Under the pieces are notes generated by a model. It searched no databases. It was not told the DNA's origin and saw only the letters and a program-made list of their open reading frames with translations. The position numbers and the translations under genes were made by a program. Positions 34,701-41,712 of a DNA stretch of 64,000 nt are shown in pieces. Source of the DNA: Caldithrix abyssi DSM 13497 (GTDB taxonomy: Bacteria > Electryoneota > AABM5-125-24 > Hatepunaeales > Hatepunaeaceae); contig CAMBDS010000003.1 of NCBI GenBank assembly GCA_945865405.1, positions 143,436 to 207,435 of the forward strand. Reading direction: 5' to 3'. Within the stretch, counting starts at the first letter, position 1, and the number at the start of each line of letters is the position of its first letter.

Positions 34701-36867
34701 TTGGGTCTCATTCGATACTCTGTCCCTCGATTATCACAGTCCGAACAATGAAGGAATGCCCGCGATTGGCCCGGCTCCCGATGCCCAACTCGCTGTCTGT
34801 TGGCAGGACATTTTCAATTTTTATCCTTGGAAAAACGGTATCTACACCCATTCAGATACAGAGAATGGCATAGTTGTGATCGAATGGAGCGACCTTCAAT
34901 TGGAGCAAGCCCAACAGGTTGCCGATTCTGCTCAGTTTCAGATAATACTTTACGATCCCGCCAAGTATCCGACTCGCACTGGTGACGGTGAAATCAAGTT
35001 TCAATACCGCCGGTTCAGCGAAGTCAGTGGCAAGGTCGATTACCACTGGTACTCTACCATCGGCATCCGTAACCCAGACGGAACCGACGGTATCCAGTAT
35101 CGCCACGCCCTTGGCTACAATGAACTTGCCAATCCGGTCGAGAACGGCTTTGCGATAATGTTCACTCCCTCGCTCTCGAATACTTATGGAACCGTGAGCG
35201 GCAGGTTTGCGAGGCTTGAAAACCAACAATTGGCTCTCCCCGACGTTCAGATATTCAGCTACCGGGGTATCGACGTTGTCAGTGCTCAGGACGGAAGTTT
35301 CCAGTTCTCCGCCCGCCCGGGACATTACGAAAACGTTTCCGCCACCCTCCGCCATTTCAACGACATGACGCTGACGTTCGATGTCCGTGAAGGCGAAGTG
35401 ACCAATCTCGGCAACCTCCTGATGGTTCACCCCGAGATCTCCCAAGTCCCTGAACGCGTCACGACAGGTCTTCAGCCCGGCTTCCCGACCCAACAACCGG
35501 TCTTTTTCAACAACTCAGGCAATGGCCAGCTCGACTACACAACATCCATTGTCCGTGCAGATGGTCAACGGGCAACCTTTGAGATCCTCGACACCTTTCG
35601 CATCGGCACTATTCTTGGTGATAACTCTACGACCTCGCCTGTCTATGTTGATCAAGTGCTCTTCTTTCCTCGCAACAACGGTGGCAATGGCGCACAGGTT
35701 ATGACTGCTGTCGGCCTGAACGGTGCGCGAACTGGCGAGGAAGTGCCACTTCCAGGGCGGGATTCGCTGGATGCTATTCCGCAAAGTGTCACATCGGACG
35801 GAGCTGATTTCTGGGGAAGTTTCAGGTATTTGGATAGCCCCGTTAATGATATTATCGAATTTAATCGTCAGGGTGCTATACAACGGCGCTTTATTTCCCC
35901 TTTCAATAGTCAGACCATTAATGCTATCATTACGTATTCCCCTGCTCGAAATTCGCTCTTTGCCATCCAACCCGAAGATGAGCTAATTGTTGAACTTGGT
36001 TTGGACAGCGCCCATTTTGGCGAGATAATCAACAGTTGGGAAGTCTCCTTCCCTACTGAGGAATTGATTCCCACGGGCATTGGCTGGAATTCTTACGACA
36101 CAGATAATATGCCCCTCTATCTTATACTCAAAAATTGGGCAACGCTCCCAGATGGTGTTCGCGGCCAACGTATTGTTCGCTTCGATCCCGAGTCAGGGAA
36201 TTTCGAAATTTTCACCTATATTAGAAATATCAACCTGCCAACAGTCGATGGAGTCGATCGCTCCAGCTTCGGCCTTGCCTTCATTCCGGGCCATAAAGGC
36301 GCAAACGTCGCAATGGTTCTTAACGAAAATGTGAACCCCGTCCGCAACGACATCCTCAAAATCGTCGAAATCGGCCCCTACGTCCCCTTTGTCTCTGGCA
36401 GATTGATCCATACCCCCGGCTCAGTTCCCGCCGGAGGCCAAGGCTTCTTCACCATTCCGTTCGACGCGACCGGGTTGGAGGAAAGCGACTACTCCTTCGG
36501 CGTCAAGCTCTTCCACAACGCCCTCGGCGACAGCGTCTTCATTCCAATTACCCTAAATGTCAATGACACCAACGGTGTCGGCGACGATCCAGTCACCCTC
36601 CCAATCGATTTCGGCATCACCAGACTTTACCCGAACCCCTTCAACTCACGCATCGGCATCGACTTTGTCATGCCCATCGGTGAGAGGTCTGTCCTCAAGG
36701 TATTCGATCTCGCAGGTCGTGAGGTCGCCACCCTCTTCGACGGTCGCTCCGTTAGCGGCAGCGAGAGGCTCTTCTGGGACGCCGCCAATTTCTCGACCGG
36801 CGTCTATATTGTCAGGCTTGAGTCCGGCGACCGGGTCGTCACCCGCAAAGCCGCCCTGATCAAATAG
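31783..36867 (+). CDS. Giant gingipain (C25)-like T9SS-secreted protein, paralog 3 (~1694 aa), catalytic Cys apparently absent
   Basis: I prefer the start at MRTTTISSIITLFFAATLSLASA (31783) over the track start at 31687. C25-like core (MLILRPSSL...FADWKRQQGFEVTL; VLIVGWYYS), but HPFVIANAHYYDYP at the Cys strand. GPDNYGYYAFD module. C-terminal domain YPNPFNSRIGIDF...FDLAGREV...GVYIVRLESGDRVVTRKAALIK. Confidence 0.85.
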   Translation: MRTTTISSIITLFFAATLSLASASADSQPGALERFAPAATFDVSSSASSLDLRIEIESGDASKLLKEASLQSWDGSLPEALIRWVVLPDHGNAEVHVSNVEATRSGESSNDLRSTRLSSSELSQFTSLGAPQTMRGIRMVPLAVRSMIVDSKGKTIVASRLDVQVEFTGGQGLNEVVHPSPVTEGFASLIRNMTLNPPAEFPHRDPAAAYSSRMLILRPSSLANQAALNSLSAFADWKRQQGFEVTLTSVNTANTTPVQIRDLISDGYPEDPYDYVLIVGWYYSYLDTLRPDATLEFPAFEVEDDESIRPGDLFYATLDNEGDETDDWLPDVMIGRMVAHSPADLQAVLNRSIRYERDPYSGPNGDGAWYHRAVHCEDGVDADSLLKDSDFEMARWVGNLLARKSMTTSVYMGGRNDTEADERTSLEEGVSIASADGYLFGMAVGTDEGDWDEANTGRMHPFVIANAHYYDYPRLFPFFSSGTLNDPNGPIGAVGFAFGHWDRISRPFVAGALRAIINGDDKTISNFWLGSALNVMGNLVTIHPDSSLAILELKQKLSQVIMLGDPTVNLFLDLPKTLATDLPETLYPGTTVLAFKLTDADNQPVSGATVAISQSNRIHLVAWTDESGNVAISIPNGIAEGNVQLTVSKQGYQPVFLANLPVEYPPVNLVLQNFTLDPDPLVNGTSSALGLTIENDGENDAEEVDVEFKSDSPFLTFSRNSAALDNIASGENGGLSSEVNLILSPSCPGGTIVQVLLNMSSRNDAWQAAFEFTTSGPHYDAPSVVVYENVRPGAEGTVSPRLVNSGDRAGIALNATLVSLTEHVRIVEGNRNYGAIATGDTGMPNSAFRVAVDTLFVPGQWAEFELRLTGEGNVATALRFRKVISQADVNDPIGPDNYGYYAFDSRDAGWAQAPTFDWIEINPDYEAGNDFDGVRLDLQDEGDRGGSSTLIDLPFSFRYYGKDYDQLVICSNGWVSFDTLSLDYHSPNNEGMPAIGPAPDAQLAVCWQDIFNFYPWKNGIYTHSDTENGIVVIEWSDLQLEQAQQVADSAQFQIILYDPAKYPTRTGDGEIKFQYRRFSEVSGKVDYHWYSTIGIRNPDGTDGIQYRHALGYNELANPVENGFAIMFTPSLSNTYGTVSGRFARLENQQLALPDVQIFSYRGIDVVSAQDGSFQFSARPGHYENVSATLRHFNDMTLTFDVREGEVTNLGNLLMVHPEISQVPERVTTGLQPGFPTQQPVFFNNSGNGQLDYTTSIVRADGQRATFEILDTFRIGTILGDNSTTSPVYVDQVLFFPRNNGGNGAQVMTAVGLNGARTGEEVPLPGRDSLDAIPQSVTSDGADFWGSFRYLDSPVNDIIEFNRQGAIQRRFISPFNSQTINAIITYSPARNSLFAIQPEDELIVELGLDSAHFGEIINSWEVSFPTEELIPTGIGWNSYDTDNMPLYLILKNWATLPDGVRGQRIVRFDPESGNFEIFTYIRNINLPTVDGVDRSSFGLAFIPGHKGANVAMVLNENVNPVRNDILKIVEIGPYVPFVSGRLIHTPGSVPAGGQGFFTIPFDATGLEESDYSFGVKLFHNALGDSVFIPITLNVNDTNGVGDDPVTLPIDFGITRLYPNPFNSRIGIDFVMPIGERSVLKVFDLAGREVATLFDGRSVSGSERLFWDAANFSTGVYIVRLESGDRVVTRKAALIK

Positions 36868-36879
36868 ATTATCATCTCT

Positions 36880-36905
36880 GCAGGCAGACGTCCTCGTCTG
36901 CCTGC
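36880..36905 (+). terminator. Hairpin 13 nt after the 36867 stop
   Basis: gcaggcagacg-tcct-cgtctgcctgc, an 11-bp perfect stem followed by ttct. Confidence 0.6.
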
Positions 36906-37032
36906 TTCTAACACCATTCGTTGCAATAGTGTCAAAAGAGTGTTGCCGCAGCCATTTCAATTCATTACTTTTCACTCCGACTGATTTCAACAAATTACCC
37001 TTTTCGATCTAACATATTACTCCAATTTCAAA

Positions 37033-37623
37033 ATGACTGATACCGAACCTCGAACCGAAAATAGTCCCGATAAATCACTAAACACAGTTTCCAATATTCC
37101 ACTCCGCAAACAAATCCGTGCCCGAGTCGATGAACTTGAGGCACAGGTCGGAAATCTGACAACCGAAGTCGAAGCCGAGCGTGACAAACGTCTGCGCCTC
37201 GCCGCCGAATACGATAACTACCGCCGTCGCACAGCCTCCGAGTATCGCCATCTTGCCGACACTGCCGGCGAGCGCATCCTGCTGAAACTTCTGCCCGTCT
37301 TGGATGACTTCGACCGGATGATGGCTCACGCCGACGCCGATCCAGTAGCCATGCGGCAAGGCTCCGAGATGATCTTCCGAAAGCTTCAGTCCCTCTTCGA
37401 TTCCGAAGGTCTCGTCGCTATTCCCTCTGTCGGTAAAACATTCGACTCTCTGCTCCATGAAGCTGTCGCTCAAGTTCAGGTGCCAAACAGCGAAAACGGC
37501 ACCATCATCGCTGAAGTTGAACGAGGTTATCGCCTCCGCGATAAGATCATCCGCCATTCCAAAGTAATAGTCTCCCAAGCCGCCGATCAGGCATCAGATA
37601 CCGATGGAGCGCAGAATGGCTAA
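37033..37623 (+). CDS. grpE: Nucleotide exchange factor GrpE
   Basis: 196 aa. Coiled-coil N-terminus, then [16 protein letters not shown]...[10 protein letters not shown]...[16 protein letters not shown]. Confidence 0.9.
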   Translation: MTDTEPRTENSPDKSLNTVSNIPLRKQIRARVDELEAQVGNLTTEVEAERDKRLRLAAEYDNYRRRTASEYRHLADTAGERILLKLLPVLDDFDRMMAHADADPVAMRQGSEMIFRKLQSLFDSEGLVAIPSVGKTFDSLLHEAVAQVQVPNSENGTIIAEVERGYRLRDKIIRHSKVIVSQAADQASDTDGAQNG

Positions 37624-38761
37624 GCGCGACCTCTACGAAGTCCTCGGCGTCGAGAAAAACGCCGCTGCCGAAGACATCAAAAAAGTCTATCGCAAACTGG
37701 CAATGAAATATCACCCCGACCGTAACCCCGGTGATAAATTTGCCGAAGAGAGTTTCAAGGAAATCGGCGAAGCTTACTCTGTCCTTTCCGACCCTCAAAA
37801 GCGAGCCAAGTACGACAAATTCGGCCACGACGCGCCAAACGTAGGAGCAGGTCCCGGCGGGTTCCAGGGCCAGGATTTTGGGGAAGGCTTCAACCCCTTC
37901 GACATTTTCGAGTCTGTCTTCGGTGGCAGATTTAGTGGTGACGTCTTCGGTCAACGTGGCGGACATGGCGGCAAACGTACTGCTCCCCGCGGCGGCGACC
38001 TTTCCATCGAACTGAAGCTGACATTAGAGGAAATTACCGAAGGTACGACCAAAAAGGTGAAGGTCAAGGTGCTCGCGCCCTGTGACACCTGCAACGGTTC
38101 TGGCTCGAAGTCGAACGCAACCGAAGCCTGCACGAGATGTAACGGCACTGGCGAAGTCCGTCAAGCCGCCGACTCAATCTTTGGCCGCATCGTCAACATC
38201 ACAGCCTGCCCGAACTGCAACGGCGAAGGAAAGGTTGTCAAGGATCGTTGCTCCGATTGCAACGGCTCTGGAGTCGATAGGACAGAAAAAACAATCACCC
38301 TAAACACCCCGCCCGGCGTTTCAAGCTCTAACTTTCAACGGCTTGAAGGCGAAGGGAATGCAATCCGGGGCGGATTGCCCGGTGACATTATCGTACACTT
38401 TGCCGAGCTTCCCCACGATCTCTTCACGCGTCACGGCGACGATGTGTTCTACGAGATGGAAATAACTTACCCTCAGGCGGTTCTCGGTGCTGCGATAGAG
38501 GTTCCGACCATATCTGGTCTGGTGAAGCTAACAATCCCGGCAGGTACCACCCCCGGTAAGCTATTCCGCCTCAGAAACAAAGGCATCCCCCACCTTAACG
38601 GGCAGGGTCAAGGCGATCAGCTCGTACGGGTCACAATCTTCGTTCCCAAAAAGGTCGGTCCACGCGAAAGGAAACTTCTGGAGGAACTTGACGAAGGTGA
38701 CAACACCAAATCAACCGCCGAAAAGCCAATCTTCCGAAAAATCAGAGACTTCTTCAACTAA
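37616..38761 (+). CDS. dnaJ: Molecular chaperone DnaJ
   Basis: J-domain [12 protein letters not shown]...[16 protein letters not shown], a G/F-rich region, and four CxxCxGxG zinc motifs ([32 protein letters not shown]). The track start at 37604 adds MERR. Confidence 0.95.
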   Translation: MAKRDLYEVLGVEKNAAAEDIKKVYRKLAMKYHPDRNPGDKFAEESFKEIGEAYSVLSDPQKRAKYDKFGHDAPNVGAGPGGFQGQDFGEGFNPFDIFESVFGGRFSGDVFGQRGGHGGKRTAPRGGDLSIELKLTLEEITEGTTKKVKVKVLAPCDTCNGSGSKSNATEACTRCNGTGEVRQAADSIFGRIVNITACPNCNGEGKVVKDRCSDCNGSGVDRTEKTITLNTPPGVSSSNFQRLEGEGNAIRGGLPGDIIVHFAELPHDLFTRHGDDVFYEMEITYPQAVLGAAIEVPTISGLVKLTIPAGTTPGKLFRLRNKGIPHLNGQGQGDQLVRVTIFVPKKVGPRERKLLEELDEGDNTKSTAEKPIFRKIRDFFN

Positions 38762-38762
38762 G

Positions 38763-39200
38763 TTGGCCCTATCGAAGATCGTGTTCTGGTTGCGTCAACA
38801 AAGGAAAAGTTGGGGATTTACGATCCACGAACGCCGGGTTCTCTGGTTGCTGATGGCACTTGTCTTGATCGGTTCTTCTGTTCGGTACTATCAAAATCGG
38901 AAAATGAATCGCCGGATCGAGGTATGGAACAATCATACTTCTCGTAACGATTCTCTTGCGCTGAGTAGGATGTCGGCTGCATTATTGAGCCCTCTCGATC
39001 TTAACTCTGCTAATGAATTTGAGTTACAGCGCTTGGAAGGTATAGGTCCCGCGCTTGCCGGACGAATTCTCGATTATCGCAAAGAAAACGGTGACTTCAA
39101 AGACGTCTCTGATCTTGAAAAGATCAAAGGCATCGGCCCCGTGTTGATCACCAAAATTCACGACAAAATAACCGTTCATCCGGCTCCGAATCCCAAATAA
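38763..39200 (+). CDS. comEA: ComEA-family helix-hairpin-helix DNA-binding protein
   Basis: N-terminal TM (VLWLLMALVLIGSSV), then LDLNSANEFELQRLEGIGPALAGRILDYRKENGDFKDVSDLEKIKGIGPVLITKI. The start is uncertain (TTG 38763 or a later codon). The track start at 38688 lies inside dnaJ. Confidence 0.7.
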   Translation: MALSKIVFWLRQQRKSWGFTIHERRVLWLLMALVLIGSSVRYYQNRKMNRRIEVWNNHTSRNDSLALSRMSAALLSPLDLNSANEFELQRLEGIGPALAGRILDYRKENGDFKDVSDLEKIKGIGPVLITKIHDKITVHPAPNPK

Positions 39201-39497
39201 CTCTTGGGAGAGGACGGACATTGCTTTGTAGCGTTCCGCTCTTGTCTATCACATTGCGCCTCCGCTGCCGACCCGCCGCGGTTGGCAGCAATGTCAATTT
39301 GGAGGGTGGCTCTCCCTGTCCGCCCGTAACGCCACCGTCTCGGTGGCCTCCGCAATCAGAAGCGTACCCATTCCAAAAAATTCTCATCACCACGTTAGTT
39401 TTGTGTTAAATACCGTAACCTGCTTGGGAGTTGGAGTAAATTGCTTATATTAGAGTGAAATTTTATCTGGAGCGAACCGCGCTAAACGGAGGCCATA

Positions 39498-40865
39498 TTG
39501 GCTGAAATACTCGCAGTCACCTGGGGTGAACAAGATCTCGCACTGCGCCGCGTTCCATCCGAGGGAATCTGGAACAAAGACGCCAAATTACTGAAGCGCG
39601 TCTCTCTGCAACGCCCGACCCGTGCTGGCCGTCTCACACACCCCGAAATAGGTGGTGCTCTCGGCAGTGCCCTAACCGAACTCTTTGCTGACGTCGATGT
39701 CAACGTCCCGTGCTGGTTGCTCCTGCCAAATAACTGGATTCTCCGGTTCGTCTCCGAACCTCCCGACCTCAAAAGCCAGGAATTAACGCTCAACCAACTC
39801 CGCTGGGAATCGATCCAAAGAATTTCCGGCGACCCAGCCGACTACAAGATTTCCGCCGCTCTGATGATGGGCGGCTCCCGTTATTACATCTGCATAACTC
39901 GCTCTGAGGTTATCCAGCGCTGTCTTAATGCTGCCGAAACCGCCGATCTCGAGCTTGCCGGCATCGGGCTTGAGCCTGACCCTAACGAAAACTACACCTT
40001 CGAGCACCCGCTCGATTTGCGCGACGCTTTACCGTTGGAACTCGAAAATACCCCCGGAAAATCGGTCGGCAAAAAAAAGACCTCCCCCGCACTTATTGGG
40101 ATCTTCATCGTCATAGTCGCTGCCGTCGGTGGCTACCTCTACTATTCCTCCCAACCGGCTCCGGTGAAAAAACCGGTAGCTCAGCGCGCGACTCAGAAGC
40201 CTATGAGCGCAACCGAAGCGATCACCCCCCCGACAACCGAATTGCTCGCAACCGCTTCGAGCGATACTCTTGCAGCCAAACCGGAATCACAGACCGAAGC
40301 TCCTGTTACTACTCCCGAAGTTCAAGAGAAGGTTGCCGAGACTCCGGCTAAAGTTGCCGAAACAATACCTGCCCCGAAGGAATCACCCCTTGTCGAGAGA
40401 TCAGTTCCTGCAACCCATACCAGAACAGTTTCAACAGGAAGCTCGATCATCCGTTCGCTCTTTATCGGGTTACCCGCCGGATCTAAGGCCGAGATGGTGA
40501 TCCTCTCGCCCGTCGATCTGAAAATCGAGGCGAGCGGAGTCGGTAATCCTGAGCAGTGGGTTGCGACGTTGAAAAAACAGAGTGGTTGGGGCAATGTGAA
40601 GTTAGTGGCGAATTACGAAACGGTCGTGGGTAAGGTCGTCTCGGTGCGGGTCGAAAATCCTGGCTGGGGCGTCGTAGAAGGCAAGCCGTCAGCGAAGTGG
40701 CAGGAGCTTGCCAAATCGGCAGGAATGTCGGTGAGGGATCATACTGCAACCGGAAAACTGGAATCAGCCCTCACACTGATTGACCAATTGTGGAAAGATT
40801 CCAACGGTCTTTCCAAGATCTATCTCACTCCTGTCGGCGATAACTGGCAAGTCGTCGTTCAATGA
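39498..40865 (+). CDS. Bitopic membrane protein of unknown function
   Basis: 455 aa. A soluble N-terminal region of about 195 aa, one TM (ALIGIFIVIVAAVGGYLYY), a Pro/Thr/Ala/Glu-rich linker, and a C-terminal domain of about 130 aa. I recognise no motif. Confidence 0.55.
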   Translation: MAEILAVTWGEQDLALRRVPSEGIWNKDAKLLKRVSLQRPTRAGRLTHPEIGGALGSALTELFADVDVNVPCWLLLPNNWILRFVSEPPDLKSQELTLNQLRWESIQRISGDPADYKISAALMMGGSRYYICITRSEVIQRCLNAAETADLELAGIGLEPDPNENYTFEHPLDLRDALPLELENTPGKSVGKKKTSPALIGIFIVIVAAVGGYLYYSSQPAPVKKPVAQRATQKPMSATEAITPPTTELLATASSDTLAAKPESQTEAPVTTPEVQEKVAETPAKVAETIPAPKESPLVERSVPATHTRTVSTGSSIIRSLFIGLPAGSKAEMVILSPVDLKIEASGVGNPEQWVATLKKQSGWGNVKLVANYETVVGKVVSVRVENPGWGVVEGKPSAKWQELAKSAGMSVRDHTATGKLESALTLIDQLWKDSNGLSKIYLTPVGDNWQVVVQ

Positions 40866-40870
40866 CGTTC

Positions 40871-40898
40871 TTCTGCCGCCCCCCCGTGGTCGGCAGAA
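40871..40898 (+). terminator. Hairpin 5 nt after the 40865 stop
   Basis: ttctgccg-(12 nt, C-rich)-cggcagaa. Confidence 0.5.
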
Positions 40899-40902
40899 AT
40901 CT

Positions 40903-40971
40903 GTACTCTGGAGTGTGCAGGCCTGCCTACGCCGTTCCTTATCCGGTCTGTCAGGAGGACAGGGCTCAGTA
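40903..40971 (-). ncRNA. Candidate structured RNA with an SRP-RNA domain-IV-like motif (weak)
   Basis: The minus strand reads CCUGUCCUCCUGACAGACCGGAUAAGGAACGGCGUAGGCAGG. Compare E. coli 4.5S: CUCUGUUUACCAGGUCAGGUCCGGAAGGAAGCAGCCAAGGCAGA. The flanking helix CCUG(U)CCU/AGGCAGG is conserved. However, the apical loop is GGAUAA rather than GGAA, and two normally invariant loop bases differ. Confidence 0.2.
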
Positions 40972-40991
40972 CCCGTCCGATGCTCCTTGGA

Positions 40992-41017
40992 GCGCGGGAT
41001 TTCAGCCCGCGCGTTTT
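40992..41017 (+). terminator. Rho-independent-type terminator
   Basis: gcgcggg-atttcag-cccgcgc followed by gttttc. Confidence 0.45.
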
Positions 41018-41085
41018 CAGTCCGCTATTATTTTTCAACAATTTCAGCACTCACCTATTGTCCGTGAGTGCATTCTGGATCAAAA

Positions 41086-41712
41086 ATGCCACGCATCGTA
41101 GGCGGCGACGCTAAAGGACGCCGGCTTAAGACTCCCAAAGGGGATGTCCGCCCGGCGACAGCGCGCGCCAGAACAGCACTTTTTGACTATCTGAGTCAGG
41201 TGACGCCCGGCTCAAATATCCTCGATCTCTACTGCGGATCGGGAGGCCTCGGGATCGAAGCCTTATCGCGCGGAGCAAATTCGTGCCTCTTCGTCGATCT
41301 TTCGCCCAAAGTTATTAATGTCGTCCGCGACAACGTCAGGATGTGCGGATATTGGGAGAAGGCGGCGTTCGAAATCCGCGATGTCTTCCGCTTTCTGCAC
41401 AACAGACCCGAGGTTATCGTCGGCGCAATCGATATAGTGTTGGCGGCTCCACCCTACAAGATCGCCGAACCGCTCAGGCTGTTAGACATCATCGACTCAT
41501 CTGGCGTTCTGGCAGATGGCGGGATCGTCTGCCTTGAGTATCCACGTCACACGGAGGCACCCAAGCCCTCGTTTTTCACTCTCGCAAGAAGGAAAATTTA
41601 TGGAGAAACCGTTATCGAAGTCTGGGATAAAGGTGGAACCGAAGGTGGGGGATCTCAGGAGGTTACGGAGGATCAGGAAACTGCGGCGGTTACGGAAAGT
41701 TCAGATCTTTAA
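41086..41712 (+). CDS. rsmD: 16S rRNA (guanine966-N2)-methyltransferase RsmD family
   Basis: MPRIVGGDAKGRRLKTPKGDVRPATARARTALFDYL...ILDLYCGSGGLGIEALSRGA...IVLAAPPY. Has an acidic C-terminal tail. Motif IV reads AAPPY instead of DPPF/Y. Confidence 0.8.
   Translation: MPRIVGGDAKGRRLKTPKGDVRPATARARTALFDYLSQVTPGSNILDLYCGSGGLGIEALSRGANSCLFVDLSPKVINVVRDNVRMCGYWEKAAFEIRDVFRFLHNRPEVIVGAIDIVLAAPPYKIAEPLRLLDIIDSSGVLADGGIVCLEYPRHTEAPKPSFFTLARRKIYGETVIEVWDKGGTEGGGSQEVTEDQETAAVTESSDL

Noticed and set aside
38688-38762. comEA start inside dnaJ (track start at 38688)
   Set aside because: The first 25 codons lie in an alternative frame of the dnaJ 3' end. A TTG directly after the dnaJ stop precedes the TM segment.
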